The notes under the pieces: generated by a model | Databases searched by the model: none | What the model was told of the DNA's origin: nothing | What the model saw: only the letters and a program-made list of their open reading frames with translations | From: a virus | Lineage: Duplodnaviria; Caudoviricetes | Strand: one strand, 5' to 3' | Virus record (IMG/VR): IMGVR_UViG_3300033067_000519 | Coordinates: 1-45,655 of that record | DNA length: 45,655 nt | Program-made: the position numbers and the translations under genes | Part shown: one piece after another, positions 1 to 7,930 of the stretch | How the letters are laid out: the number at the start of each line of letters is the position of its first letter | Numbering within the stretch: position 1 is the stretch's first letter

Positions 1-128
1 CCGGCTGCAATTTGCGCGGGAGTAAACAGTTTGATGTTTTCAGCATTGCGCCGTTTAGCATCTGCAACACACGCCCAAGCAGCTTGTTTACTGCAACCGT
101 CTTCGAGATCTTTAAACGTCTTTACCAT
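1..128 (-). CDS. Small hypothetical early protein, 3' end beyond the window (MVKTFKDLEDGCSKQAAWACVADAKRR...)
   Basis: ATG at 128 preceded by TAAGGAG SD and the promoter at 164-192; frame open to window edge; not in ORF track. Confidence 0.6.
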   Translation of the reverse strand, partial: MVKTFKDLEDGCSKQAAWACVADAKRRNAENIKLFTPAQIAA

Positions 129-163
129 TTTGTACTCCTTAGTACTGTGTTTACAATAAATGT

Positions 164-192
164 ATTATACGACTTTTTGGACAAACGGTCAA
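164..192 (-). promoter_or_regulatory. Sigma70-type early promoter TTGACC-17-TATAAT
   Basis: Read directly on the minus strand; spacer GTTTGTCCAAAAAGTCG. Confidence 0.8.
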
Positions 193-515
193 CCGAAATG
201 TGACTCTAGGCACTCGACCATACAAGCATCGACTGTAACAAAAGTATTACATTTTTTGGCCACTTGGGCTGTGGACAAAAGTGCTTCTGCTCGCTGGGCC
301 CAGGCGCCGCCAGTGATCCGGATCATTAACAGTTCTTCACTGCAATAGTCTTTTGCTTGTTCGCGAGTCAGTGGTTTGCCCCAAAACCATATTTTTGCGC
401 CAGTCCAATTAGCAATCACTTGTTCACATTCTCGCTCAATACGAGCACGACGAGCTTGGAGGTAGCTTTCACAAGCTTGGACGACCAGTGCGGCGGGCAG
501 TTGTGCAGAACTCAT
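189..515 (-). CDS. Hypothetical protein (108 aa)
   Basis: AAGGAG SD, ATGA overlap with upstream gene. Confidence 0.75.
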   Translation of the reverse strand: MSSAQLPAALVVQACESYLQARRARIERECEQVIANWTGAKIWFWGKPLTREQAKDYCSEELLMIRITGGAWAQRAEALLSTAQVAKKCNTFVTVDACMVECLESHFG

Positions 516-781
516 ACAGACTCCTTGGAAGTAATATAAAAGGGTTGATCATGAGCACCCAGGGTAGTGTATACCACTTCACGCACTGCGGTGTCCATTG
601 CTTCGCCAAAATCTTCTTGCTTGGCTAGTTCGCGCAAAGCACCCAAAGTCTGGGCCCAGGTCAAGCCGTTAACTTGAGCAGCTACTACAATGCCATGCAC
701 TGCAACGTTACCAAGTTCAGTATACATGCTGTAGTCTGGCACTATGCTACCAGACAAGTCATAATCGATATCGATGTACAT
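512..781 (-). CDS. Hypothetical protein (89 aa)
   Basis: TAAGGA SD, tight packing with neighbours. Confidence 0.75.
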   Translation of the reverse strand: MYIDIDYDLSGSIVPDYSMYTELGNVAVHGIVVAAQVNGLTWAQTLGALRELAKQEDFGEAMDTAVREVVYTTLGAHDQPFYITSKESV

Positions 782-789
782 ATTAGTCC

Positions 790-999
790 TTACGCCACAA
801 AGTCAAAGATATAACCATAAGAGCCATCTGGGCTGATTTGAACCTTGCCCACACCGTAGTCTTTTGACAACTTGTGAAACACCTTGCGAGCTTCTGCTTC
901 GGTGCAGATAACACTGAGCGAGCCACAAAAGAATTCTGCCGCGTTGTCAGATTTGAGAACTTGTGCAACCTTTTCCAACACTACTGTTTCAAAGCCCAT
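790..999 (-). CDS. Hypothetical protein (69 aa)
   Basis: AGGAG SD downstream of promoter at 1032-1060. Confidence 0.75.
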   Translation of the reverse strand: MGFETVVLEKVAQVLKSDNAAEFFCGSLSVICTEAEARKVFHKLSKDYGVGKVQISPDGSYGYIFDFVA

Positions 1000-1031
1000 T
1001 TGTAACTCCTGTTTGTTTACGCTATGTGTAT

Positions 1032-1060
1032 ATTATAACAAATCGGACAAGTTGAGTCAA
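1032..1060 (-). promoter_or_regulatory. Sigma70-type early promoter TTGACT-17-TATAAT
   Basis: Direct reading; extended -10 TG present. Confidence 0.8.
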
Positions 1061-1067
1061 CCGAATT

Positions 1068-1289
1068 TTACAAAACTTCAACTTTGAACATTTTGAGCGA
1101 GCTGTCATCACCAGTGATTTGAACCTTGGTTTCAAATTTCACACCGCGTTGTACAGGAATACGCAGAGTCAACCAAGTATTCAAGAACCCTGGCTTGGCA
1201 GTAGGACCAACTTTGATGTTATCAACAATTGCTTCACGAGTGCCAGCTGCGCTAGTGTAACGAATCTTGTTGCCAATTGCCAGTTCCAT
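1068..1289 (-). CDS. Hypothetical protein (probable start MELAIGNKIRY)
   Basis: AAGGAG SD precedes the ATG at 1289; the track start at 1313 abuts the -10 box. Confidence 0.7.
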   Translation of the reverse strand: MELAIGNKIRYTSAAGTREAIVDNIKVGPTAKPGFLNTWLTLRIPVQRGVKFETKVQITGDDSSLKMFKVEVL

Positions 1290-1315
1290 AATCTGCTCCT
1301 TGTTACAATACATGT

Positions 1316-1345
1316 ATTATAACACCTTTTGGACAGACCGGTCAA
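1316..1345 (-). promoter_or_regulatory. Sigma70-type early promoter TTGACC-18-TATAAT
   Basis: Direct reading; spacer resembles that of promoter 164-192. Confidence 0.75.
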
Positions 1346-1347
1346 GG

Positions 1348-1374
1348 AGAAACCCGACACAGGGCCGGGTTTCC
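1348..1374 (-). terminator. GC-rich hairpin after the TROVE/vWA gene
   Basis: GGAAACCCGGC-CCTGT-GTCGGGTTTCT on minus strand; U-tract weak. Confidence 0.55.
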
Positions 1375-1389
1375 TGGGGGTGTTATTGA

Positions 1390-2787
1390 TTACTCAATAA
1401 CTGCGTAACGTGCAGTGTTGATCGTTGCCAACATCACGTTCACAGGATCCAAAGATTCTGCGCTCAAGATGCTTTGCATGATAGCTGGACTGAACCCAGA
1501 AACCAATGCAACACCTTTCTTGTCGTGCTTGACAGGAACGTTACCTGCGCGAGCCTTCAAGTTCCAGAACACAATGCTTGGAACACTGTATCCTGCTTCT
1601 GCGAACTTGCGTTCAATCATCTGCATTGCAGAGTCATCGTGCTTGGCACAGTGGTTAAATTCCATGTCTGACATCACAAGGATGTACTTGGGCATGTCTT
1701 CGGCCTTGACGCCGCCTTTTACAGCGTAGTTTAGGACGCACTGGAAAGCAGCATGCAAATTGGTGCTCATACCCCATTCAGCATTTTCCAACTGATTTAG
1801 CTTGTCGATCAGGTTGCCCTTCAAGACTTGCAACTTTGGCTTTTCGCTAAAAGTCAAGAACATGTCCTTGAACGGGCCGGTATTCTTGTCTGCAAGATAC
1901 AGACCAAGAGACACAGAAACATCCATGCAAGTCAAGTTGGCGTTACCGCCAACTGAAGTGCTCATAGAGCCCGACACGTCACAAACTGGCAGAACCAATT
2001 CATCACCAATGTAGTTAGGCAATGCATCCCACTGGGCTTGAATTACCTTGTCGTCACCGCCATGCTTACGACTCTTAATGACATCGTAAGGATAAACCGC
2101 ACCTGCGTTGACCTTGGCGTCGCCGGTGGCCAACTTAGACTTGTAAGCTTCGTAACCTGCAGGGTCGTGCTTCTTAAAAGCCTTTTGGTAACGTGCTGCT
2201 GCCAGGCTAGGAACATGGCTGTAATTGATTTCTGGCCATGTGTTTGCACACATTTGAGTTTCAACTACATTAGTCAACTCTACAAGACTCTTGCGGTAGA
2301 ACTTGGGGCTCATACCAAAAAAGTTGCGAATTTCGACTGCAATTGGGCCTTGCCGTGGCATCCACTTGGCAGCAAGACCGTTGCGTTCACGCAATGCGTT
2401 ACCGATCAACACATATGCCTTTTCCTTGAACTCTTTGGTTTGGAAAATCAGCAAGTCATCCCAACGACCAAACTCTGCCAAGTGTGGCAAAATGCGGTTC
2501 AGTTGATCAGGATAGTTCTTTTCGAGGCTCAAGAGGATCTTACGAACCACTTCGCGCTCACCTGCACCACCCCGGACGTCACGTGCCCACGCCAGCATAC
2601 GCATAGCAAGGGTAGAGTCTTCCATTAGAGCGCGAGTGAACTGTGCTGACAGGTCCTGGCCGCGGCTTGCGCCAATGGCAAAGAACAAGTCAACCAGAGC
2701 AGACTTTGAGCTATCAAAGGTCTTCATACCGTTTGCAGTACGAGTTTCCATTTGAACATTATTGACGGCGTTTACAAAAGTATTCAT
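1390..2787 (-). CDS. TROVE-like plus vWA domain protein (DUF2828-type, Ro60/Rsr-related RNA-binding protein)
   Basis: N-terminal RDVRGGAGER and GRWDDLL motifs, AAKWMPR, C-terminal MIDAS motif DVSGSM, SDMEF and VFWNL...VSGFS typical of the family. Confidence 0.8.
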   Translation of the reverse strand: MNTFVNAVNNVQMETRTANGMKTFDSSKSALVDLFFAIGASRGQDLSAQFTRALMEDSTLAMRMLAWARDVRGGAGEREVVRKILLSLEKNYPDQLNRILPHLAEFGRWDDLLIFQTKEFKEKAYVLIGNALRERNGLAAKWMPRQGPIAVEIRNFFGMSPKFYRKSLVELTNVVETQMCANTWPEINYSHVPSLAAARYQKAFKKHDPAGYEAYKSKLATGDAKVNAGAVYPYDVIKSRKHGGDDKVIQAQWDALPNYIGDELVLPVCDVSGSMSTSVGGNANLTCMDVSVSLGLYLADKNTGPFKDMFLTFSEKPKLQVLKGNLIDKLNQLENAEWGMSTNLHAAFQCVLNYAVKGGVKAEDMPKYILVMSDMEFNHCAKHDDSAMQMIERKFAEAGYSVPSIVFWNLKARAGNVPVKHDKKGVALVSGFSPAIMQSILSAESLDPVNVMLATINTARYAVIE

Positions 2788-2796
2788 GTTTTCTTT

Positions 2797-2831
2797 CAGG
2801 TTACAAATTAATTGAGTGCTGTATATAACCT
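2797..2831 (-). ncRNA. Structured RNA-like element C (35 nt, minimal form)
   Basis: AGGTTA...TAACCTG closing stem with TACAGCA motif 8 nt from the 5' end. Confidence 0.5.
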
Positions 2832-2837
2832 ATACAA

Positions 2838-3073
2838 CAGGATGAGCGTACCGGTTTGTTTATTTTCTGGTCTGACCAATTATAGTACTCAGACCCTATC
2901 AACAATTCATGTTGACTAATTTTGTATTGTGTCTGTACAAACATCATATATGTCTTTCCATAAGTCGTCTATTCCTTCGGGTCTAGTTTCCTAGAACAGT
3001 ATTTCTACTGTGTTCTGCAACCACCTTCTATAGCAATAGTTCAGAGTATGTTTTAAGTTGCCGGAATCATCCT
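2838..3073 (-). ncRNA. Structured RNA-like element B (236 nt, multi-hairpin)
   Basis: AGGATGA...TCATCCTG closing stem, TCCGGCA motif, at least five internal hairpins, two capped by GAAA tetraloops on the minus strand. Confidence 0.65.
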
Positions 3074-3082
3074 AAAATTTAA

Positions 3083-3203
3083 CAGGTTAGTTTCCTACTT
3101 TTTGTTTTTATCGAGGAAAATATCGAAAAGCCTCTATCTATAACAATCCCTTGCGAGGTATGTAGTAGCAATACATTGTATTATGATGTGCTGTAACTAA
3201 CCT
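3083..3203 (-). ncRNA. Structured RNA-like element A (121 nt)
   Basis: AGGTTAGT...ACTAACCTG closing stem, TACAGCA motif, short internal hairpins including a GCAA loop. Confidence 0.6.
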
Positions 3204-3235
3204 AAAAATCTTTGTTAATTGCTTAACATGTATCT

Positions 3236-3264
3236 ATTGTATGCGATACTTTCAGTAGTGTCAA
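3236..3264 (-). promoter_or_regulatory. Sigma70-type promoter TTGACA-17-TACAAT driving the RNA array and TROVE/vWA gene
   Basis: Direct reading; predicted start near 3229. Confidence 0.8.
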
Positions 3265-3291
3265 CAATTTTTTAACACTACTTTGTCCGTT

Positions 3292-4449
3292 TTATTCACG
3301 GTTGGGGTGAGCTGGGTACTTGCGTGTCAGCCAATCCAGTTGCTCACGAGAAGGATTCGGCTCATACCAGCCCTTACTGCCATCGTGAACCCTACTGATG
3401 CTGTAAAAGAACTCTTCGAACATCATACCAACTTTGTCAAAGTTAAAGTTTTCGCCCCACTCCCTACAGTTCTTAGGATTGATTTTATGGATGTTCTTTG
3501 CGGCCCAAGTCAGTTGCTCAAATGTTCTGCAACGATATCCAGTGACCCCGTGTAAGTTTAGTTCACCAAAGCAGGCCCAATCTGTACTAATAACAGGAGT
3601 TCCACTTAGCATGGATTCAATTTGAACTCCTCCAAACGGTTCGCCGTACATTGTACAGACAAATTGTCCGCGGGCGTTGCTCATTAGCTTACGCCTAGTC
3701 TCAACATCTGCGTAACCTACATGCTCAACACCCGAAGGTAGAGTATCGTATCCCATTGCAGCAAGACTACCCTGTCCGGCAATTTTTAACTTGGCGCCAA
3801 TTGCCTGACATACTTGAATAGCAACATGCACACCTTTGTGCTCACCTACACGACCCAAGTACAAAAAGTAGTCATCCTTGTTTTCGTTGTAGTCAAAGTC
3901 ATTAACATCAAAGTAATTGGGAATAACTGCATCATACCAGCTAAGATGGCCGGGGCTAGCGACTGCCTTCATACCAAACCAAGCTGCCATAATGCTCTGA
4001 CTTTCGAATACTCGGTAAGGAGCAAACACTCCACCAGGATAACCGATGCCGGGCTCTACTACTAGCATGTCAGGATGTGCATCGGCAATGGCTTTGTGTC
4101 CCCAGCCCCAGAAACACAGCAAGAAATCGCCACGTTGTTTTCGTTTACCAACTTCCTCAATAGCATGCTTGTAGAAATGTGCATATGCACTGTCCTTGAG
4201 ATCGTACTTAAATGTGTTTGCACGCCAGTCATGTCCACCATATGCTGCCTCGAGTACAGCATCGTTGGTAACCCCGACGTTCTCGTCACATGCAACATCA
4301 CTTTGATCGTGACCGTAATGTATAATAGTATGACCGCGGGCCTTCATCATTGCACAGAACTTGACTACCTTTTGTGTAAACGCACAGGCAAGATAGTCTT
4401 TGTTGGAGATTGTGTGTGGTACTCCTAAAACGTGGAATCTAAATTTCAT
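3292..4449 (-). CDS. Glycosyltransferase, GT-B fold (GT4-like)
   Basis: YLGRVGEHKG and EPFGGVQIESMLSGTPVI (EX7E) motifs. Confidence 0.85.
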   Translation of the reverse strand: MKFRFHVLGVPHTISNKDYLACAFTQKVVKFCAMMKARGHTIIHYGHDQSDVACDENVGVTNDAVLEAAYGGHDWRANTFKYDLKDSAYAHFYKHAIEEVGKRKQRGDFLLCFWGWGHKAIADAHPDMLVVEPGIGYPGGVFAPYRVFESQSIMAAWFGMKAVASPGHLSWYDAVIPNYFDVNDFDYNENKDDYFLYLGRVGEHKGVHVAIQVCQAIGAKLKIAGQGSLAAMGYDTLPSGVEHVGYADVETRRKLMSNARGQFVCTMYGEPFGGVQIESMLSGTPVISTDWACFGELNLHGVTGYRCRTFEQLTWAAKNIHKINPKNCREWGENFNFDKVGMMFEEFFYSISRVHDGSKGWYEPNPSREQLDWLTRKYPAHPNRE

Positions 4450-5204
4450 TTGTAGTTGCTTTCTGAATATGTATGGTGATAATGCCAGCCCGGGTATCCC
4501 CCGTTGCTATGATTACCTCCCAGAGTTCGATCAATTTCGAAGTAGTTGGGATTACCGGATGCAATCCACGCTTCGTGGTCGAACCTAAAATAGTTATTTT
4601 GGTCTATTGGGTATCCTGTTAGTTTACTAGTAGTACCGACAACGTAACTACTAGGGTGTGGCAACGGATCGAGACGTTTAATATAGCTGCTACGAGCCCA
4701 CCAAAAATTTCCACTGTAATGATTCCAATTGCGAGGGCGGTGATCGGCACCTAGAAACGGTTCATTGATAAAGTTAGTACCAACAGTGTCGTGTCCTTGG
4801 TCTAGCTTAGCCACACAGTCGCGCCACCGATCAATGTTCCAGTACTCTAAATATTTGCGCCAATCGTGTATTCCGCGATTATGTGGGTGAGTGACACCCT
4901 TGATATGAAAGTACATAACATATTCATCAGTGGTTGTTGCATCACAGTAGGACTTGAGGTAATTTAGTCCCGGCCACTCCATTAAAGTGGAATCAGTATG
5001 AGTATGCACTATCTTGACGTTGGGAGTATTTTCCAACAATTTAGCCAAGTCCAAAAACTCAACTAAATTTCCGTTTAACATAATGTACACGTTCTTGGAA
5101 CTCTCTAGTAGATCACTTTGAGTCAGCCTAATCATTTGTTCTAAGCTTAGGTTCCGGTGTCCCGGCAGATCACAACAATTGTAAAAGACGCTAATGTCAG
5201 TCAT
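4446..5204 (-). CDS. Putative glycosyltransferase-like protein
   Basis: YFHIKGVT, WRKYLEY, HYSGNFWWARSSYI motifs recalled from viral glycosylation-cluster proteins; context. Confidence 0.5.
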   Translation of the reverse strand: MTDISVFYNCCDLPGHRNLSLEQMIRLTQSDLLESSKNVYIMLNGNLVEFLDLAKLLENTPNVKIVHTHTDSTLMEWPGLNYLKSYCDATTTDEYVMYFHIKGVTHPHNRGIHDWRKYLEYWNIDRWRDCVAKLDQGHDTVGTNFINEPFLGADHRPRNWNHYSGNFWWARSSYIKRLDPLPHPSSYVVGTTSKLTGYPIDQNNYFRFDHEAWIASGNPNYFEIDRTLGGNHSNGGYPGWHYHHTYSESNYK

Positions 5205-5916
5205 TAATCACTGCTCCGTTAGGGGCAATGTGTCCTGTGATGCCCAACACATCTTTTTCAATTACTTTGGTATGATCTAAAAACTTATAAAGACAGTGCT
5301 CAATATCGGCATATCCACCCGACGCTAGTCGCTGATACATATGTTGCAAACTGTTATTGTAGGCACCAATTACCTCAGGAGTTAAAGCAGCAGGCCAAGA
5401 CCAAAGGCGACTCATAAATTGTCGTTCAATTTGAGTTGTTTGGTAAGAAAACTGACTAGCTTTGCTAGTACCAACTACCATACAAGTCTTATTCTTGTAC
5501 TCTTGATAAAACGACAAATCAAACTGATCTGTTAAGCAATATCGACCGCTGACTTTAAACAGTCGGTCAAAATTAGCAGTAACCCCAGTATCTACTAGTG
5601 TCTGTAGCGCCCTAGCAAAGCACATTACTTCAGTGACATTCTTAACTACATCCCAGTTATCGGTGCTGTTGAATAATCCGGTCACTGCTGGATCAGATGT
5701 GTAATCAAACACATGATCCACTACCTGCGTTAGTACAGACTTTTGCTCGTCGAGTAAAGGCAAGCCAGCCATTTCTAGCAAAAATATCTTTGCCCCCGGA
5801 ATATATGTCCTAACAGATTTTACAGTATCCAGAGTCTGCGCCATGCGCTGTTCAGTAGTATAGATGCCAAATTTAGTATTAATGGCACTGGTAATGATTA
5901 CCCCATTACTGCTCAT
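5197..5916 (-). CDS. Hypothetical protein, possibly glycosyltransferase-related (start MSSNGVII)
   Basis: ATGA overlap with upstream stop at 5913-5916; IITSAI and FKVSGRY motifs; context. Confidence 0.55.
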   Translation of the reverse strand: MSSNGVIITSAINTKFGIYTTEQRMAQTLDTVKSVRTYIPGAKIFLLEMAGLPLLDEQKSVLTQVVDHVFDYTSDPAVTGLFNSTDNWDVVKNVTEVMCFARALQTLVDTGVTANFDRLFKVSGRYCLTDQFDLSFYQEYKNKTCMVVGTSKASQFSYQTTQIERQFMSRLWSWPAALTPEVIGAYNNSLQHMYQRLASGGYADIEHCLYKFLDHTKVIEKDVLGITGHIAPNGAVIND

Positions 5917-6449
5917 TTTGAGTCTTTCTTTATGCCGCAAAAATACAAATCATGCGTGGTATTGTTCATTGCAAAGTAGTGCATCTTGAACATGCTGTCT
6001 AGATCAAATTCTTTCCTAAAGTCTGCGGCAGTAAGATTTCGGTAATAATCCCACTCAATCAGCGGAGCATCGTGTGGCGTTGTCCTGCGAGTTCCGTGCT
6101 CAAGCCTTCCGGTAGTAGCGCACGTCATGAGTACCATACCATTGGGCTTGGTCATGCGATGCATGTTCCTAAAGGTCTCTACCCAATATGGATTATGCTC
6201 AAAGCATTCGCAGGATATAGTAGTATCGTATGTACCATCTGGATGATCTAAGTCTTGACCCTGGCAGACTAAGTCTACACATCGTCCCATGCCCACATCA
6301 ATACCTAGGTATTCACATTCAGTAAAGAACACACGAACAGTACCGTTGATATATAAACTACCAACTTCAAGTACTTTAGCTTTATTAAAGTAACCAGGAA
6401 ATACAGTAGCAACCGATCTTATGTAGTCTTGTTGTTCTTTATGAGACAT
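5913..6449 (-). CDS. Class I SAM-dependent methyltransferase
   Basis: VLEVGS motif I, GIDVG, YDTTISCECFEH, RMTKPNG. Confidence 0.85.
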   Translation of the reverse strand: MSHKEQQDYIRSVATVFPGYFNKAKVLEVGSLYINGTVRVFFTECEYLGIDVGMGRCVDLVCQGQDLDHPDGTYDTTISCECFEHNPYWVETFRNMHRMTKPNGMVLMTCATTGRLEHGTRRTTPHDAPLIEWDYYRNLTAADFRKEFDLDSMFKMHYFAMNNTTHDLYFCGIKKDSK

Positions 6450-6604
6450 TATGCAGATACAGCCTTACCTGTTTCTAAATGTTCTTTAATTACTCTTATT
6501 GCTTTACGACTAGTATCGTAAACGTATTCTTTAGTTTCTTCCTCAGTAGAAATTACTAAGATAAAACCGTTGGCTGCTTTTCGGATTTCAATTGATTCAA
6601 ACAT
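6449..6604 (-). CDS. Small hypothetical protein (51 aa, MFESIEIRKAANGFIL...)
   Basis: AAGGA SD, TAATG coupling to the methyltransferase; below ORF-track cutoff. Confidence 0.7.
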   Translation of the reverse strand: MFESIEIRKAANGFILVISTEEETKEYVYDTSRKAIRVIKEHLETGKAVSA

Positions 6605-6635
6605 GGTATTCCTTAATTTGTTGTAATACCCACAT

Positions 6636-6664
6636 AGTTTACAACAAATTAATTACAAAGTCAA
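6636..6664 (-). promoter_or_regulatory. Sigma70-type promoter TTGACT-17-TAAACT overlapping a 14-bp inverted repeat (6613-6652)
   Basis: Direct reading. Confidence 0.55.
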
Positions 6665-7128
6665 CTGAGTTTTTTAGTCATTCGAACAAATTCGGGAGTA
6701 TATCCGTTGACTTCTGCAATAGTTCGAATTCGAGTATTATTAACATGCAACAAACTACCCGAATGTGTACACCCGACTCGAATCACTGCATTCTCGTAAG
6801 ATTTGTGCAATTGATTGTAGAGTCCGCGGCGTTGGTATTTGTCATCAACGTTAGTAAAGATAATCCAAGCAGAATTCCCATCAATGCGATATGTTATACT
6901 GGCTGCAATCTCGTCGCCGTACTTGATATAGATTGTTGGTGTTGCTGCAAATATCGGCAAGTTACTGCCCATGGGTGCATGGCCAGCTTCTACTAGATCC
7001 GCATACTGGCGCAAAAACATAATGAATAAGTTGTCCACATCTTTGATGCTAGATGTGAACCACACAGTATAAGTGTCACCTAACTTGTCGGTGCCCGAAG
7101 AGACTTGTCTATTAATTACTGCTGTCAT
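6661..7128 (-). CDS. GNAT-family acyl/acetyltransferase
   Basis: Motif A: VDDKYQRRGL. Confidence 0.75.
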   Translation of the reverse strand: MTAVINRQVSSGTDKLGDTYTVWFTSSIKDVDNLFIMFLRQYADLVEAGHAPMGSNLPIFAATPTIYIKYGDEIAASITYRIDGNSAWIIFTNVDDKYQRRGLYNQLHKSYENAVIRVGCTHSGSLLHVNNTRIRTIAEVNGYTPEFVRMTKKLS

Positions 7129-7930
7129 TTTTTGCTGGTCCTAATAATGGTAAAAATATTCTGCACGGATCCCACTCCCACCACTTGCCACTGGTGCCCG
7201 ATCCAAAATCAAATCTAGCAGGTCTAGCATGGTGATTGTTGTGCCATCCTTGTCCCCACCCTAAATATCCCAACACAAAGTTGTTTTGACTGTTATCTGT
7301 AGTGTCGAAGTTTCTATAGCCAATGACAGCTTTAGTATGCCCAAACACATTTGTACCGTTGTCTTGTAACAATGCAATAGCACTAGGCAAGAAGAACATA
7401 GCAAAGGCCAACTGCCAGTCAAACACTGCTAAAGTTAAAGGTACTGCCCATGCAAGCCGGTAATAGTTTTTATGAAACCAAACAAAGTTGGGCTTCCTCA
7501 ATAAGTCAACTGCATACTTAATGTTAACTTGGTTGTTGGCTTCTGTATTTTGATTCAACCACCCAACAAACGCATGCCATTTGCTGTATGCCACGGGACT
7601 ATGCAAATCGCGAGCAGTATCGCTGTATGGGTGATGGTATCCTCTATGGACTGCTACCCAAAAAATAGGACTGCCTTGTGCTGCAAATGTAGCAAAAAAT
7701 AGTATGATGTTTTCTTGCCATGTCTTAAGAGTATGTGTCCTATGGCTAAAAATCCTGTGGTACCCAACTGCAATGCCTAGCCCCGAGATAAGAATCCACA
7801 TTACTAATGTTAGCCACAAGTAAGACAACGGAATAAGCCCCATTGCAAAAAGAACAACCGCAATTGCACCTAATACAAATTTAGGCAATACTAACAACCA
7901 GATGCCCTTAGCGAATGTTTTAGGAATCAT
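7112..7930 (-). CDS. Membrane fatty-acyl desaturase (delta-9-like)
   Basis: Three His boxes HRIFSH, HRGYHH, HNNHH; hydrophobic helices; GYRNFDT.DNSQN. Confidence 0.92.
   Translation of the reverse strand: MIPKTFAKGIWLLVLPKFVLGAIAVVLFAMGLIPLSYLWLTLVMWILISGLGIAVGYHRIFSHRTHTLKTWQENIILFFATFAAQGSPIFWVAVHRGYHHPYSDTARDLHSPVAYSKWHAFVGWLNQNTEANNQVNIKYAVDLLRKPNFVWFHKNYYRLAWAVPLTLAVFDWQLAFAMFFLPSAIALLQDNGTNVFGHTKAVIGYRNFDTTDNSQNNFVLGYLGWGQGWHNNHHARPARFDFGSGTSGKWWEWDPCRIFLPLLGPAKNDSSN

Noticed and set aside
1415-2628. Long antisense ORFs over the TROVE gene, and similar ones over gp32, terL and the K/E-rich gene
   Set aside because: Shadow frames of well-supported genes; no SD or recognisable motifs
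2797-3203. CRISPR-like reading of the repeated units
   Set aside because: Units differ widely in length, ends are inverted rather than direct repeats, and no cas gene is present
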